Assembly (NCBI GenBank): GCA_035382965.1
Contig: DAOTAZ010000001.1
Location: 1-39,914, forward strand
Direction of reading: 5' to 3'
DNA: 39,914 bases
Source of the DNA: Chitinispirillaceae bacterium
GTDB taxonomy: Bacteria > Fibrobacterota > Chitinivibrionia > Chitinivibrionales > Chitinispirillaceae
Shown piece after piece: positions 1-9,498 of the stretch; the stretch's first letter is position 1, and every line of letters starts with the position of its first letter. The notes beneath the pieces were generated by a model. It saw only the letters and a program-made list of their open reading frames with translations. It was not told the DNA's origin and did no database searches. Made by a program: the position numbers and the translations under genes.

Positions 1-330
1 TACTGCAATTGGTTCATCCTGTTGATCATTTCCAGTCTGAACCTGATCCTGAACTTCTATATTGACCGTCTCTTCCACATTGACCGCCTCTTCTACAGGG
101 GGCTTCGGAAGACGATCCCTGATCTCTTTCAGCAAACGGATAATAACATCATTCTGTCTGATAAGTTTCTCGCTCAGATTTAAAGATTCCCTCTTGAATC
201 TGTCGGTACGCCGCCTTGGGTGCTGAGAGGAGAATCCGCTGTTAGAATTACCATTGTATGAGGAATTACCGTAACTATTGTAATTGGGATTAGAATTATA
301 ATTGTGATTTTTCTCGTATTTAGGCATCAT
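1..330 (-). CDS. Hypothetical Asn/Ser-rich protein, partial (C-terminus beyond left edge)
   Basis: Hand translation of the minus strand from ATGATG at 330 stays open to position 1: MMPKYEKNHNYNSNPNYNSYGNSSYNGNSNSGFSSQHPRRRTDRFKRESLNLSEKLIRQNDVIIRLLKEIRDRLPKPP... An AGGA-type RBS lies about 5 nt upstream. It is absent from the ORF track, probably because no stop lies in the window. I recognise no family. Confidence 0.4.
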   Translation of the reverse strand, partial: MMPKYEKNHNYNSNPNYNSYGNSSYNGNSNSGFSSQHPRRRTDRFKRESLNLSEKLIRQNDVIIRLLKEIRDRLPKPPVEEAVNVEETVNIEVQDQVQTGNDQQDEPIAV

Positions 331-669
331 AGGTTTCCTGTTTAATTGATTGGACATAATACGTGATGATTCATCACTACTCATGAAGGTAACTCCTTTC
401 TTCACTTATGAAGATATGCTGGATTGAAGGGAATAATATCCTCGTGTTTTTTTTGGCCTGGACTCTTGATGGTCCTGAAGAGATGTGTGATGTATGAATT
501 TTCTCTAAGTATATAATCTTGTAGATGGATGAGACAAGGGGTTTTAAAAGCCAGGTGAAAGGAAGCAATAGCGGTAATGTATTGTAAAAGCCATCGTGGA
601 CTTTGGATTTCAGATCAAAACATACAGGCAACAGAAATCATTTCCCTGGTTAATTAAGGGAATCATCTT

Positions 670-1605
670 TTAATCACAACAATCAAGGAACATTTTTGCC
701 CTGTAAAATTTCCTCAGACTGGTAAATGCGTCATCTGCCGGAATCTCAATTGCATCGGTCTGATGTGTAAACCAGGTTATCTGACGCTTGGCATATCGGC
801 GGGTGTTTCTCTTTATCTGTTCAACGGCATCATCTAAACTGTATTCTCCCCTCTCTACACCGAAGAGTTCCTTATACCCGACACACTGCAAGCCCGGGGA
901 ATTCTGCCCGTAACCGCATTCCATCAATCTGAGAAACTCGTTGTAGAGTCCCTTTCCCACCATCTCCTCAACCCTGCGGTTAATCCTGTCATAAAGCATT
1001 TCCCGGTCGACAACCAGCTTCGCAGTGATAAACTCCACCCCTTCCGGAGCTCTCCTCTCTCTCATTCCTGAGATTTTTTCCCCTGACTGATAAAACACAA
1101 TCAATGCCCTGACTATTCTCTGCAAATCGTTTGGATGAAGTTTCAAGGCGGTTTCAGGATCCTTTTCCATCAGTTCCGCATGCAGTGCTGCACTTCCCTC
1201 TTTCCTTCCCCTTTCCATCAACTCATCTCTGAGTCCGGGATCAGAATCCACCTGCACCCCAAGCCCCTCACTGAGACTTCTGAAGTACATTCCAGTCCCG
1301 CCGCAGACAAGCACCGTCTTCGAATTCCCGGCCAGATCTCTAATGATTTTCAAAGAATCTTCAGCAAACCTGAAAGCAGAGTATCTTTCCGACGGTTCAA
1401 TTATATCGACAAGCCAGTGTTTTACCGCCCGGAGCTGATCTGTTGTCGGCTTGGCGGTCCCGATGTCCATAAATCTGTATATCTGGCGGGAATCACAGGA
1501 AAGTATCTCCCACCCAAACTCCAGAGCCAGCTTTATGGCTATATCGGTTTTTCCTGACGCGGTAGGACCCAGAAGCACAGGAACTCTGATTAGGTTTTTC
1601 TTCAC
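670..1605 (-). CDS. miaA: tRNA dimethylallyltransferase (tRNA isopentenyltransferase)
   Basis: 311 aa. P-loop GPTASGKT followed by SCDSRQIYRFMDIGTAKP, the classic MiaA N-terminal signature. Length is typical. Confidence 0.93.
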   Translation of the reverse strand: MKKNLIRVPVLLGPTASGKTDIAIKLALEFGWEILSCDSRQIYRFMDIGTAKPTTDQLRAVKHWLVDIIEPSERYSAFRFAEDSLKIIRDLAGNSKTVLVCGGTGMYFRSLSEGLGVQVDSDPGLRDELMERGRKEGSAALHAELMEKDPETALKLHPNDLQRIVRALIVFYQSGEKISGMRERRAPEGVEFITAKLVVDREMLYDRINRRVEEMVGKGLYNEFLRLMECGYGQNSPGLQCVGYKELFGVERGEYSLDDAVEQIKRNTRRYAKRQITWFTHQTDAIEIPADDAFTSLRKFYRAKMFLDCCD

Positions 1606-1695
1606 TCTGATATTACCTTGATTTAAACCTGAGAAAAAGGCTATTTTCCACTATTCTATTACCCCGTCGGAGTACCCATTTAAAGAATTGACCCA

Positions 1696-2826
1696 ATGCG
1701 ATTTCGAATTATCTTCTCCATATTTATTACCACACTGGTGTTTCTTGCTATACTCCTCGGAATACGTTTCGGATATCTGGAAAAAGTAATTGAATTCAGT
1801 AAACTGCCAAAGCAGGAAAATAAAAAAGTAGCAGTCTCAAAGCCGGTTAAAAACAACACATCACTGGATTCTGTTCTGAATCAGTGCTTTACTTCCCTCG
1901 AAATTCCGGAAAACCATTACAAAAGACGCTTTTCCCTGGAAGACTCCACTCTGATGATCAATATCCAGGTTCCCCGTGGAAAGCCGATGGAATGGATCGT
2001 ATGGTTCATCACATCATCAGTTACCCCAACCGGGTACAGGGTCGATGACTGTTTCTATTATTCTGAGCAGAAAGGCTGCCGGCTCAACTTTTCCAGTCCA
2101 AAACCGGATAAACCCAAACTCATCATAAATATGAAATATTCTACCGCCTTCTTCAGCCAAACAGCCAGTATGGCTATTCTGATCGAGGATTTCGGTTTCT
2201 CCGCTGATGAAACCAGTGTCGGTTTTCTCTCCTTCCCTGAACCGCTCACTGTTGCTTTATCGAGCACCAAAAAGCTCTCCACATGGACAGCCCAGATAGC
2301 CAATGAGTATCACAAAGAGATCATTCTGATGATTCCCATGGAGCCTCTTCCAAGATCGTCTAAATACGCCAGTTCTGCAATAATGGTGCATTACCCTGAG
2401 GAAAAGATTCACTCCATACTGAATACAGCAATTGAATCGGTTCCCCATTTCGCCGGTTTCTGCAATTACTACGGAGAAAGAGTGCTTGAGGATTCCCGTG
2501 TCATGCAGATTATCTTAAGCGAGGTCTCAAAACACAAATCCTACTTTGTAATGACCCCGGGCAACCGCAAATCAGTTGCAGGATCAATTGCCGCTAAGAT
2601 GAATGTACCTTTCAGAGAAGTTGATTTCACCATCAACTCAAAGCTTTCCACAAACGCCATTCAGGATACATTGAGCCACTTTGCAACCATAGCACAGAAA
2701 AGAGGGCAGGTTCTCATAAAAGGAACCGCTTCCGCCTCCCTGATTACTGCGCTGAAAAACGCTCTACCCGCACTCAAACAGAACGGAATCAGACTGATTT
2801 ACGTTTCAGAGACTCTTAAACCATAA
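1696..2826 (+). CDS. Membrane-anchored divergent polysaccharide deacetylase family protein (YibQ-like)
   Basis: 376 aa with an N-terminal TM helix (IIFSIFITTLVFLAILLGI). Motifs MAILIEDFGFS, PLTVALSS and EIILMIPMEP resemble the YibQ/divergent polysaccharide deacetylase pattern (IIDDxG ... HxPMEP). Recalled from memory, not searched. Confidence 0.6.
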   Translation: MRFRIIFSIFITTLVFLAILLGIRFGYLEKVIEFSKLPKQENKKVAVSKPVKNNTSLDSVLNQCFTSLEIPENHYKRRFSLEDSTLMINIQVPRGKPMEWIVWFITSSVTPTGYRVDDCFYYSEQKGCRLNFSSPKPDKPKLIINMKYSTAFFSQTASMAILIEDFGFSADETSVGFLSFPEPLTVALSSTKKLSTWTAQIANEYHKEIILMIPMEPLPRSSKYASSAIMVHYPEEKIHSILNTAIESVPHFAGFCNYYGERVLEDSRVMQIILSEVSKHKSYFVMTPGNRKSVAGSIAAKMNVPFREVDFTINSKLSTNAIQDTLSHFATIAQKRGQVLIKGTASASLITALKNALPALKQNGIRLIYVSETLKP

Positions 2827-3035
2827 TCTTCTTGATTTGCCACCTATGTGGGTAATTTCTCTGACTTAACTCTGTAAAAATCACCTCCTGTGTGACATTA
2901 ATGAAGACCATAATTAACCTGATTAAATGATTCTCTTGATTTTTACCAGAAAAAGATTTTTATTGATCTAAGCGAATTATCTGCGCAGAAAGAGCAATAC
3001 ATCAGATAAAAAAATGAATTTTCATAAAGGAGAGC

Positions 3036-3749
3036 ATGATGGCGACCTTAGGGGTTAATGTAGATCATATAGCAACGATTCGTCAGGCCAGAGGCGGGAA
3101 AGATCCCGACCCTGTTCAGGCTGCCGTTCTCTGCGAGCTTGCGGGAGCTTCAGGAATCACAGCCCATCTTCGTGAAGACCGTCGTCATATCCAGGACAGA
3201 GATATCTATCTGCTTAAGCAGACCATCTCGACACGTCTCAACATGGAGATGGCACCTACATCGGAAATGATTAAAATTGCGGTAGATGTACTTCCTTATA
3301 TGGTCACCCTCGTCCCGGAAAAACGTGAGGAACGCACAACTGAGGGAGGTCTGAATGTTCGCGAACGGGAAAGAGAACTTTCAAAGGCAGTCGAAACATT
3401 TAAAAACAACAATATTCTGGTAAGTCTTTTCATCGATCCGGATCTCAATGAGATCAAAGCAGCAAAAAGAACCGGAGCCACCCACATTGAGCTCCATACA
3501 GGTTTTTACTCAAATGCCTCCTCCGCCCAGGCTGTTGCCGAGGAACTGGGAAAACTCAAAGATGCAGCCATGGCGGCAAACAAACTCGGATTGCATGTCA
3601 ATGCAGGGCACGGCTTGAATTATCAGAATGTAACACCTGTAGCAGAGATCAGTTACATGGAGGAGTTGAATATCGGCCATGCAATCGTCGCCCGTTCATC
3701 ACTGGTCGGTCTTGAAGCTGCTGTCAGAGACATGATCGCACTGATCTGA
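3036..3749 (+). CDS. pdxJ: Pyridoxine 5'-phosphate synthase
   Basis: 237 aa. LGVNVDHIATIRQARGG...DP and HLREDRRHI motifs are typical of PdxJ. RBS AAAGGAGAG lies upstream. The tandem ATG at 3039 is an alternative start. Confidence 0.93.
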   Translation: MMATLGVNVDHIATIRQARGGKDPDPVQAAVLCELAGASGITAHLREDRRHIQDRDIYLLKQTISTRLNMEMAPTSEMIKIAVDVLPYMVTLVPEKREERTTEGGLNVRERERELSKAVETFKNNNILVSLFIDPDLNEIKAAKRTGATHIELHTGFYSNASSAQAVAEELGKLKDAAMAANKLGLHVNAGHGLNYQNVTPVAEISYMEELNIGHAIVARSSLVGLEAAVRDMIALI

Positions 3750-3775
3750 CAAATTTAAATTGCCATGCAGTTCCC

Positions 3776-3815
3776 GGGTCGGAATTGGAATCAATATAAA
3801 TACCAATGTCGACCC
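3776..3815. terminator. Intergenic hairpin between convergent pdxJ and treY (possible bidirectional terminator)
   Basis: Hand-paired: GGGTCGG/aATTGG (3776-3788) with CCAAT/gTCGACCC (3803-3815), about 12 bp including one G:U and one mismatch, with a 14-nt AT-rich loop. No clear U-tract on either side. Confidence 0.25.
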
Positions 3816-3859
3816 AGCAAAACAAATGTGACCCTGCATGCGGCGTATCTGAATCAATA

Positions 3860-6652
3860 CTACCGGCATTTTCCAATCAGTAAAGCCGCAGGAAACGATT
3901 CGAAAAGCTCCCCGGCATTTATCCCGTGTTCAAATGTTAATTCCCTCCCGGTTATCTCTTCTTTACAAGTGAATACATTCTGAGGTATCTCTACATAAGT
4001 GTCCTTCCAGACCCTCGTTCCAAGCGGCAATTCATCGGGAGAGATTACAGAAACAAGAAATCTGGGAACCGCAACAATCATCCGTTCCTCACCCCATTCT
4101 CTTGTAAATGCTATGATACTTCTTTTGAATACTCCTCCTGTTTTAAGAGGCTTGTAGCATCCGGACTGAAAAAGTTCTTTGTTCTTCTTTCTCGCCTCGA
4201 GGCATCTGTAAATGAGAAACATCTTTACCCTTCCCTCAGTGCGTTCCATCAGGAGATCCCTGAGAAAACCGCTGTTTATCCCGGACTGTTTCAACTGTCT
4301 GAGAATATCAGCCCTTTTAAGAAAATCGACCTCACGTCTGTTGTCAGGGTCCACGAGGCTGAGATCAAACAGTTCGGTTCCCTGGTAAAAGTCAGGAAGT
4401 CCGGGAGAGGCGATTTTCAGAAGACACTGGGAGATGGAATTGAAGATACCGTAAGAAGAGATTTTCTGCTGAAACCGGATGAACTCATCAATGAATTGAC
4501 CGGATATATCCCTGTCGAGAGCCTTATCTATAAAGTCGGAAAGTGCTTTTTCATACTCGAAATGGGGATCAACCCAGCCTGTATGCTCCTTGGCCTCCTT
4601 TACAGCCTTAAGCATGTACTGGCTGATCCGTTTTGTGTATTGCTGATAATCCTCAGAGGGATTGAAAGTGCCTATAAGGGTCTGATAAAAAAGGTACTCA
4701 TCATTTGGATCTGGCATCTGCCTGCCATTGTATACTGTTTTCCACCTGTTATTGAGCTTGCTGCATTTTTTCAGGAATTTTTCCCATTCACGGGGCATTT
4801 CAGAGAGCACATTTATCCTTGCCCTCACATCTTCCCCCCTTTTGGTATCATGGGTTGATGTAGTATTCATGGTATTTGGCCATGATTTAAACCGCGAGGA
4901 GCAGAAGGAGTGGAATGCAGCAGCCCTGATGCCGAAGATATGCGGCCAGCTTCCCACTTCGTTAAGAGAACAGAGCCGGTTATAAATGTAAAGTACAGTA
5001 TCCTCAAACCCTTTTGCCATCAATGGACCGGTAAACTGCTGAAATCTCATGAGCACATTGGTCCATTCCTGTTTCTCCTGTTCAGATGCTGATTCCTCGT
5101 ACTGAAGCAGAAGGAAGCGCTCTATGAATGCGAACTCTCTTGCAAGGCCCGGCTCAAGAGCTTTTGCTGCGGAAATTGCGTATTGAAGATGATCACGGTC
5201 AATTCTGCTGAACGATCTGCTGTTAATATAGGAGCGGTAAACAGGAAAGCAGGAAAGCAGCTCTACAAGCGCTCTTCTCAGACCGTAAAGAGTTATATCG
5301 GTGCCTCTGCGGTCTCTTCCGCTTACCTTTTTAATCAGCAGCGCCAGATTATCGATATCACCTGCCATGTGTTTGCTTATAATAAGCCTTTTCTTTTCCG
5401 TTAATAGACTTTTGAAATCCAGTTTTTTACCTGTAAATGCACTGTAGATCTGCTCAAAGACCTTTCCGTTTCTGCGGTAGCAGAAAAGATTATTGACATA
5501 GTTGCAGAAATCATATCCGGTAGTACCCTGAATCGGCCATACATTCGGAAGTGGTTCCTGGAAGCCGAGAATCTTTTCCACAATTATGTAGCTCTCCGGC
5601 GCACCCTTTCTGAGCCGTTCAAGATAGAGATGAGGATCATAGAGACCATCGATATGATCCACTCTGATACCATTTATCTTTCCCTGGTTTATCATCTCGA
5701 AAATAAACTCGTGGGTATCACGGAAAACCTGCTCGTCTTCGACTCTCAGTGAGATCAGGTCATTTACAGTAAAGAATCTTCTGTAATTCAGTTCCTCTGT
5801 TGCCACTTTCCAGAATGAGAGCTTGAAAACCTGCTCCGCATGCAGAGCATCGAGAAGGGAAAATGTCTCCGGTTTGCCGGGAATTCCGTTTATCTCCCTT
5901 ATCGATTCATCGATAAATGCCTGAATGGCACTCTCTGTAGTGTAGAGTTCCCACAGTATAGCCTTGGTGAATTTCACCTGCGTTCTGCGGGCTTCCATCT
6001 GATGTGCGGCAGGAAGGTTTTTGATTGAGTAAAGTACCCCCAGAAGTTTCAGAAACCCCGGATTGGATACTCCCTGTTCTGTTTTCAACCTGTCAAGATT
6101 GCGATCCAGTATTAAAGCATAAGTCTCGATTCGCAGAGGAAAGAAATGGGAATAATACCTGATTGCAAAGCCATTCTGATCGTACGTTAATTTAATCTCA
6201 CCTCTCTCAAGGCATTCCCCGTAGATATCTCCAAGAATCGGCGCCAGAAGCCTTCCCCGCAGGGACTCATAGGGATGATTCCAGTCGATATCGAAATAAT
6301 GAAGCGGAAGAAAAGCTGGACCGTTCTCAAACAGGTCCATCAGCAGTTTATTACCGCTGTCAAAAGCCATGTGGTTAGGCACTATATCCTGTATCCAGCC
6401 CATCCCGGCCCTGGCTACCTGCTCTGTGAGCTGATTAAAATCATCCCTGTCTCCTATCTCATTGTTGAGAAATCTTGGATCGGCAATATCGTAGCCATGC
6501 ATGCTTCCTTTCCTGGCTTTGAATATCGGAGATGCATAGATGTGGGAGATTCCAAGCTCCTTCAGATATGGAATTACAGCCATTGCATCCTTAAACGTAA
6601 AAGAAGGACTGAACTGGAGTCTGTATGTCGAAAGAGGAATTTCCATCTGCAC
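3860..6652 (-). CDS. treY: Malto-oligosyltrehalose synthase (GH13)
   Basis: 930 aa. The N-terminus STYRLQFSPSFTFKDAMAVIPYLKELGISHIYASPIFKARKGSMHGYDI matches the TreY signature, and GIRVDHIDGL is the GH13 catalytic region. Length is typical. Confidence 0.9.
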   Translation of the reverse strand: MQMEIPLSTYRLQFSPSFTFKDAMAVIPYLKELGISHIYASPIFKARKGSMHGYDIADPRFLNNEIGDRDDFNQLTEQVARAGMGWIQDIVPNHMAFDSGNKLLMDLFENGPAFLPLHYFDIDWNHPYESLRGRLLAPILGDIYGECLERGEIKLTYDQNGFAIRYYSHFFPLRIETYALILDRNLDRLKTEQGVSNPGFLKLLGVLYSIKNLPAAHQMEARRTQVKFTKAILWELYTTESAIQAFIDESIREINGIPGKPETFSLLDALHAEQVFKLSFWKVATEELNYRRFFTVNDLISLRVEDEQVFRDTHEFIFEMINQGKINGIRVDHIDGLYDPHLYLERLRKGAPESYIIVEKILGFQEPLPNVWPIQGTTGYDFCNYVNNLFCYRRNGKVFEQIYSAFTGKKLDFKSLLTEKKRLIISKHMAGDIDNLALLIKKVSGRDRRGTDITLYGLRRALVELLSCFPVYRSYINSRSFSRIDRDHLQYAISAAKALEPGLAREFAFIERFLLLQYEESASEQEKQEWTNVLMRFQQFTGPLMAKGFEDTVLYIYNRLCSLNEVGSWPHIFGIRAAAFHSFCSSRFKSWPNTMNTTSTHDTKRGEDVRARINVLSEMPREWEKFLKKCSKLNNRWKTVYNGRQMPDPNDEYLFYQTLIGTFNPSEDYQQYTKRISQYMLKAVKEAKEHTGWVDPHFEYEKALSDFIDKALDRDISGQFIDEFIRFQQKISSYGIFNSISQCLLKIASPGLPDFYQGTELFDLSLVDPDNRREVDFLKRADILRQLKQSGINSGFLRDLLMERTEGRVKMFLIYRCLEARKKNKELFQSGCYKPLKTGGVFKRSIIAFTREWGEERMIVAVPRFLVSVISPDELPLGTRVWKDTYVEIPQNVFTCKEEITGRELTFEHGINAGELFESFPAALLIGKCR

Positions 6653-6830
6653 ATTTCCCGCAGGAAGGTATTTTTTTGATCAATTTGCAAATAATATGCC
6701 GCACTAAAAAAGCCATCACCTGGTTTATCTCACCGCATTTGCAGATGGAATTCCGTTTGCAAAAAAAAAGACAAATCCAGCAATATTGGATTATCCCTGA
6801 CGAATTCTGCTCACACTACAACTCATTAAA

Positions 6831-8249
6831 ATGGCAGAAAATACAGAACTGATAGTAAAGCCGGCACAAACAAGCACTGTCGGATCGATTCCCCCCAAAA
6901 AGCCACTGCTTTCAAAACTTGGTGGTATCGAAGTAGGTTGCGAAAAGACCAGAAGCGCGCTTCTTTTCAGCCTCTGGGACGGGGTATTCTCAAATGGCAT
7001 GCTGGCTCTTACCGAGACATTCTCTGTTGCAGCCGCTGTATATCTCAAGACTCCTGCAGTGCTGATCTCGCTGCTTGGCAGCCTTCCGCTTCTGCTCAGT
7101 TCCATTGGTCAGTTTCTGCTGCCTTTTTTCATCGATTTATCCAAAGGACGAAAGAGGTATGTGATAAAAGGAACAACATACCAGAGCATTTTTCTCCTTC
7201 TTCTCGCCAGCACAGGATGGCTTCCGGAAAAACTGCGCCCCTGGTCTTTTCTGATACTTTTTTCCCTTTATGGATTCAGCGGCAATGTCATCTCAGGCCT
7301 CTGGATCGCCTGGATAGGTGACCTTGTAAAACCAACTGTAAGGGGAAGACATTTTGCCTGGCGCAACAGAATCTTCTCCACCACTCAGCTTCTGTGTGCA
7401 CTCTGCGCCGGACTCATCCTCCGGCATTTTACTACTGATAATGCGCCATGGCTGCTCTTTGCGGCTGTTTTTTTCACAGCAAGCATCTTTCGTCTGATGT
7501 CAACTCAGATGATGATTCTTCAGCACGAGCCCGGCGACCGCAAAAAATCTCCCCTTACACTCCCCTTTTCCGTGATAAGAAAAAACCATCAGTTTTTATT
7601 CTACAGCGTCTCTGCAGCACTTATGCAGGGTACAGTAGCCATAGCCGGACCGTTTTTTAATGTATGGTATGTCCGGGATCTAAAGATGAATTATTTCTCA
7701 CTTTCTGCCATCACCGCCTCCATGGTGCTTGGAACAATTCTCTCCCTGCCCTTGTGGGGAAAACTGGCCGATTCTATAGGTAACAGGAGAACCCTTTTTA
7801 TTACCGCTTTTCTGGTAACCATAGTCCCAATCCCCTTTATATTCTCCTCAGTAAGCTGGCACATCTGGCTGTTTAATGTCTTCACAGGGGTGGCCTGGAG
7901 CGGGTACAATCTCTGCAATTTCAATTATCAGCTCTCCGCCGCAGGCACCGAAAACCCGGAACAGAAGATCTCTTTTTCTGTGGCAATCACCGGTTTCTCC
8001 GTCTTCTTCTTCAGCCTCCTGGGTGGTTTTCTATCTACCCGGCTTCCAGTACTGTTTGGATGGCAGTTGCATACTTTATTCCTTGTTTCGACAATTCTAA
8101 GGCTAGCTGTATATCTGCTTATGTTCCTTAGGTTTCCGGCAATTGAGCTGGAAAATGTCAAATCACTGGATCTGTTCTTCCAGATTCCCGGTTACAGATC
8201 AGGTATGGGCCTTCTTAGAAATGCTTTCAGAATATTCAGGAGTAAATAA
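6831..8249 (+). CDS. MFS-type transporter, substrate unknown
   Basis: 472 aa with roughly 12 hydrophobic segments in two halves. A basic loop GDLVKPTVRGRHFAWRNR lies after the early TM segments, resembling MFS motif A. Confidence 0.65.
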   Translation: MAENTELIVKPAQTSTVGSIPPKKPLLSKLGGIEVGCEKTRSALLFSLWDGVFSNGMLALTETFSVAAAVYLKTPAVLISLLGSLPLLLSSIGQFLLPFFIDLSKGRKRYVIKGTTYQSIFLLLLASTGWLPEKLRPWSFLILFSLYGFSGNVISGLWIAWIGDLVKPTVRGRHFAWRNRIFSTTQLLCALCAGLILRHFTTDNAPWLLFAAVFFTASIFRLMSTQMMILQHEPGDRKKSPLTLPFSVIRKNHQFLFYSVSAALMQGTVAIAGPFFNVWYVRDLKMNYFSLSAITASMVLGTILSLPLWGKLADSIGNRRTLFITAFLVTIVPIPFIFSSVSWHIWLFNVFTGVAWSGYNLCNFNYQLSAAGTENPEQKISFSVAITGFSVFFFSLLGGFLSTRLPVLFGWQLHTLFLVSTILRLAVYLLMFLRFPAIELENVKSLDLFFQIPGYRSGMGLLRNAFRIFRSK

Positions 8250-8337
8250 TATGTTGATTGCCCGACAAAAGCCATTTCAGTTATTTTTAAATGATTCTTA
8301 ATCACCTGAGTTTAATTTTTCCTAAAAAGGTTTTATT

Positions 8338-9474
8338 GTGCGGATTCTCATTTCAATTACAATTCTCCTTCTAAGTACGATTTCTTCACATTCAGAAGAA
8401 AAGCTGATACTTCAGTTTTTTGGCTCAAATACCTGCGGTGAGTGCCTTGAGATCAAAGAAGTGCTCCTTTTTCCTGCTCAAAAGCAGTTCGAAGACAAGC
8501 TTCAAATAAACTTCTACAATACCGATATCGACTCCACCATCAACCAGTTAATCAGGTTAGAAAAAATCTATGGTGTAAAAAACAGTTCAGCCCAGATGCT
8601 TTTCTTTCCTGACACTTTCCTCTCCGGCTCCGATGATATCATGAAGTACGGGCTATCTATGATTAAAAGCAGGATCGAGGAGAACCGAACAGGTACCGGT
8701 CCGTCGATTGAAATGGATGGAGAACCCACAGACGCCCTCAGGAACAAAGTGATGGACTGGGGCTTTTTTATGGGCAGTCTTGTTGCAGGTCTTACCGATG
8801 GAATAAATCCCTGTGCCATTGCAACTATGATATTCCTTATCTCTTTTCTGGCGACTCGCAAAAAGTCCAGACGAGAGGTCCTCATAATCGGCTTGGCATA
8901 CACAGCAACCGTTTTCTTCACTTATCTTGCCATGGGATTGGGCCTGAAAGGAATCCTCGAGCATATCCGCGCCTATCACCAGATATCTATGACAATCCGC
9001 TGGGGAGCATTTGGATTTGCGCTTATTGTCGCAGCACTGAGTTTCAGAGATGCATATGTATACCACAAAACCAGGCGTTCAGAAAAGATAAGTCTTCAGT
9101 TGCCAAAATCGGTAAAACTGCAGATCCATAAGGTTATATCAGGAAGCCTCAGCGGGAAAGGCATTATTATCGGTTCAATTATTGCCGGATTCCTCGTCAC
9201 CCTGCTTGAGGCAATCTGCACAGGGCAAATGTATCTGCCCTACATCGTGGCTATGACACAGAGAGATTCTCTCCGCATTACAGGTTATCTCTATCTGATT
9301 TTTTATAACTTCCTGTTTGTACTACCACTGCTTATTGTAATGGTGCTTGCTTTTTTCGGTCTGAAATGGAACGACCTCGCAAAAAGCACCGGCAAACACA
9401 TGGTAGCACTTAAAGTCACTCTGGGATTGGTGATGGTCGGACTGGCACTGTACCTGGCAAGCGGGATTCTGTAA
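8338..9474 (+). CDS. Thioredoxin-like CxxC domain fused to a DsbD/CcdA-like thiol-disulfide transmembrane domain
   Basis: 378 aa. GTG start behind AAAGG and a signal peptide MRILISITILLLSTISS. A soluble domain carries CGEC, then a polytopic region has Cys in TM helices (GINPCAIATMIFL and LEAICTGQMYLP), as in the DsbD/CcdA electron-transfer core. Confidence 0.5.
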   Translation: MRILISITILLLSTISSHSEEKLILQFFGSNTCGECLEIKEVLLFPAQKQFEDKLQINFYNTDIDSTINQLIRLEKIYGVKNSSAQMLFFPDTFLSGSDDIMKYGLSMIKSRIEENRTGTGPSIEMDGEPTDALRNKVMDWGFFMGSLVAGLTDGINPCAIATMIFLISFLATRKKSRREVLIIGLAYTATVFFTYLAMGLGLKGILEHIRAYHQISMTIRWGAFGFALIVAALSFRDAYVYHKTRRSEKISLQLPKSVKLQIHKVISGSLSGKGIIIGSIIAGFLVTLLEAICTGQMYLPYIVAMTQRDSLRITGYLYLIFYNFLFVLPLLIVMVLAFFGLKWNDLAKSTGKHMVALKVTLGLVMVGLALYLASGIL

Positions 9475-9498
9475 AGCAGTGTAAAGAAAAACACTGCT
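9475..9498. terminator. Hairpin filling the 23-nt gap between convergent genes
   Basis: Perfect 8-bp inverted repeat AGCAGTGT (9475-9482) / ACACTGCT (9491-9498) with an 8-nt loop. It starts right after the TAA at 9472-9474 and touches the opposite TAA (9498-9500). No U-tract. Confidence 0.3.

Noticed and set aside
377-631. 84-aa minus-strand ORF in the miaA-downstream gap
   Set aside because: No RBS, odd composition and no recognisable motif. The region more likely holds the promoter or operator for the edge ORF.
1135-1557. 140-aa plus-strand ORF inside miaA. The same applies to 4496-4858, 6275-6679, 9690-10328, 13101-13601, 34335-34865, 35878-36459 and 38779-39333.
   Set aside because: All are antisense or shadow ORFs nested in long, motif-supported genes, and none has family signatures.
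3765-3983. 72-aa plus-strand ORF after pdxJ
   Set aside because: Most of it overlaps the 3' end of treY on the opposite strand. There is no RBS and the composition is unconvincing.
6653-6830. Three TTTGCA boxes and a small AATCCA/TGGATT hairpin in the treY/MFS divergent region
   Set aside because: TTGCA-type hexamers are expected -35-like elements in a divergent promoter region, and the hairpin is only 6 bp. That is not enough to call a regulatory RNA or operator.
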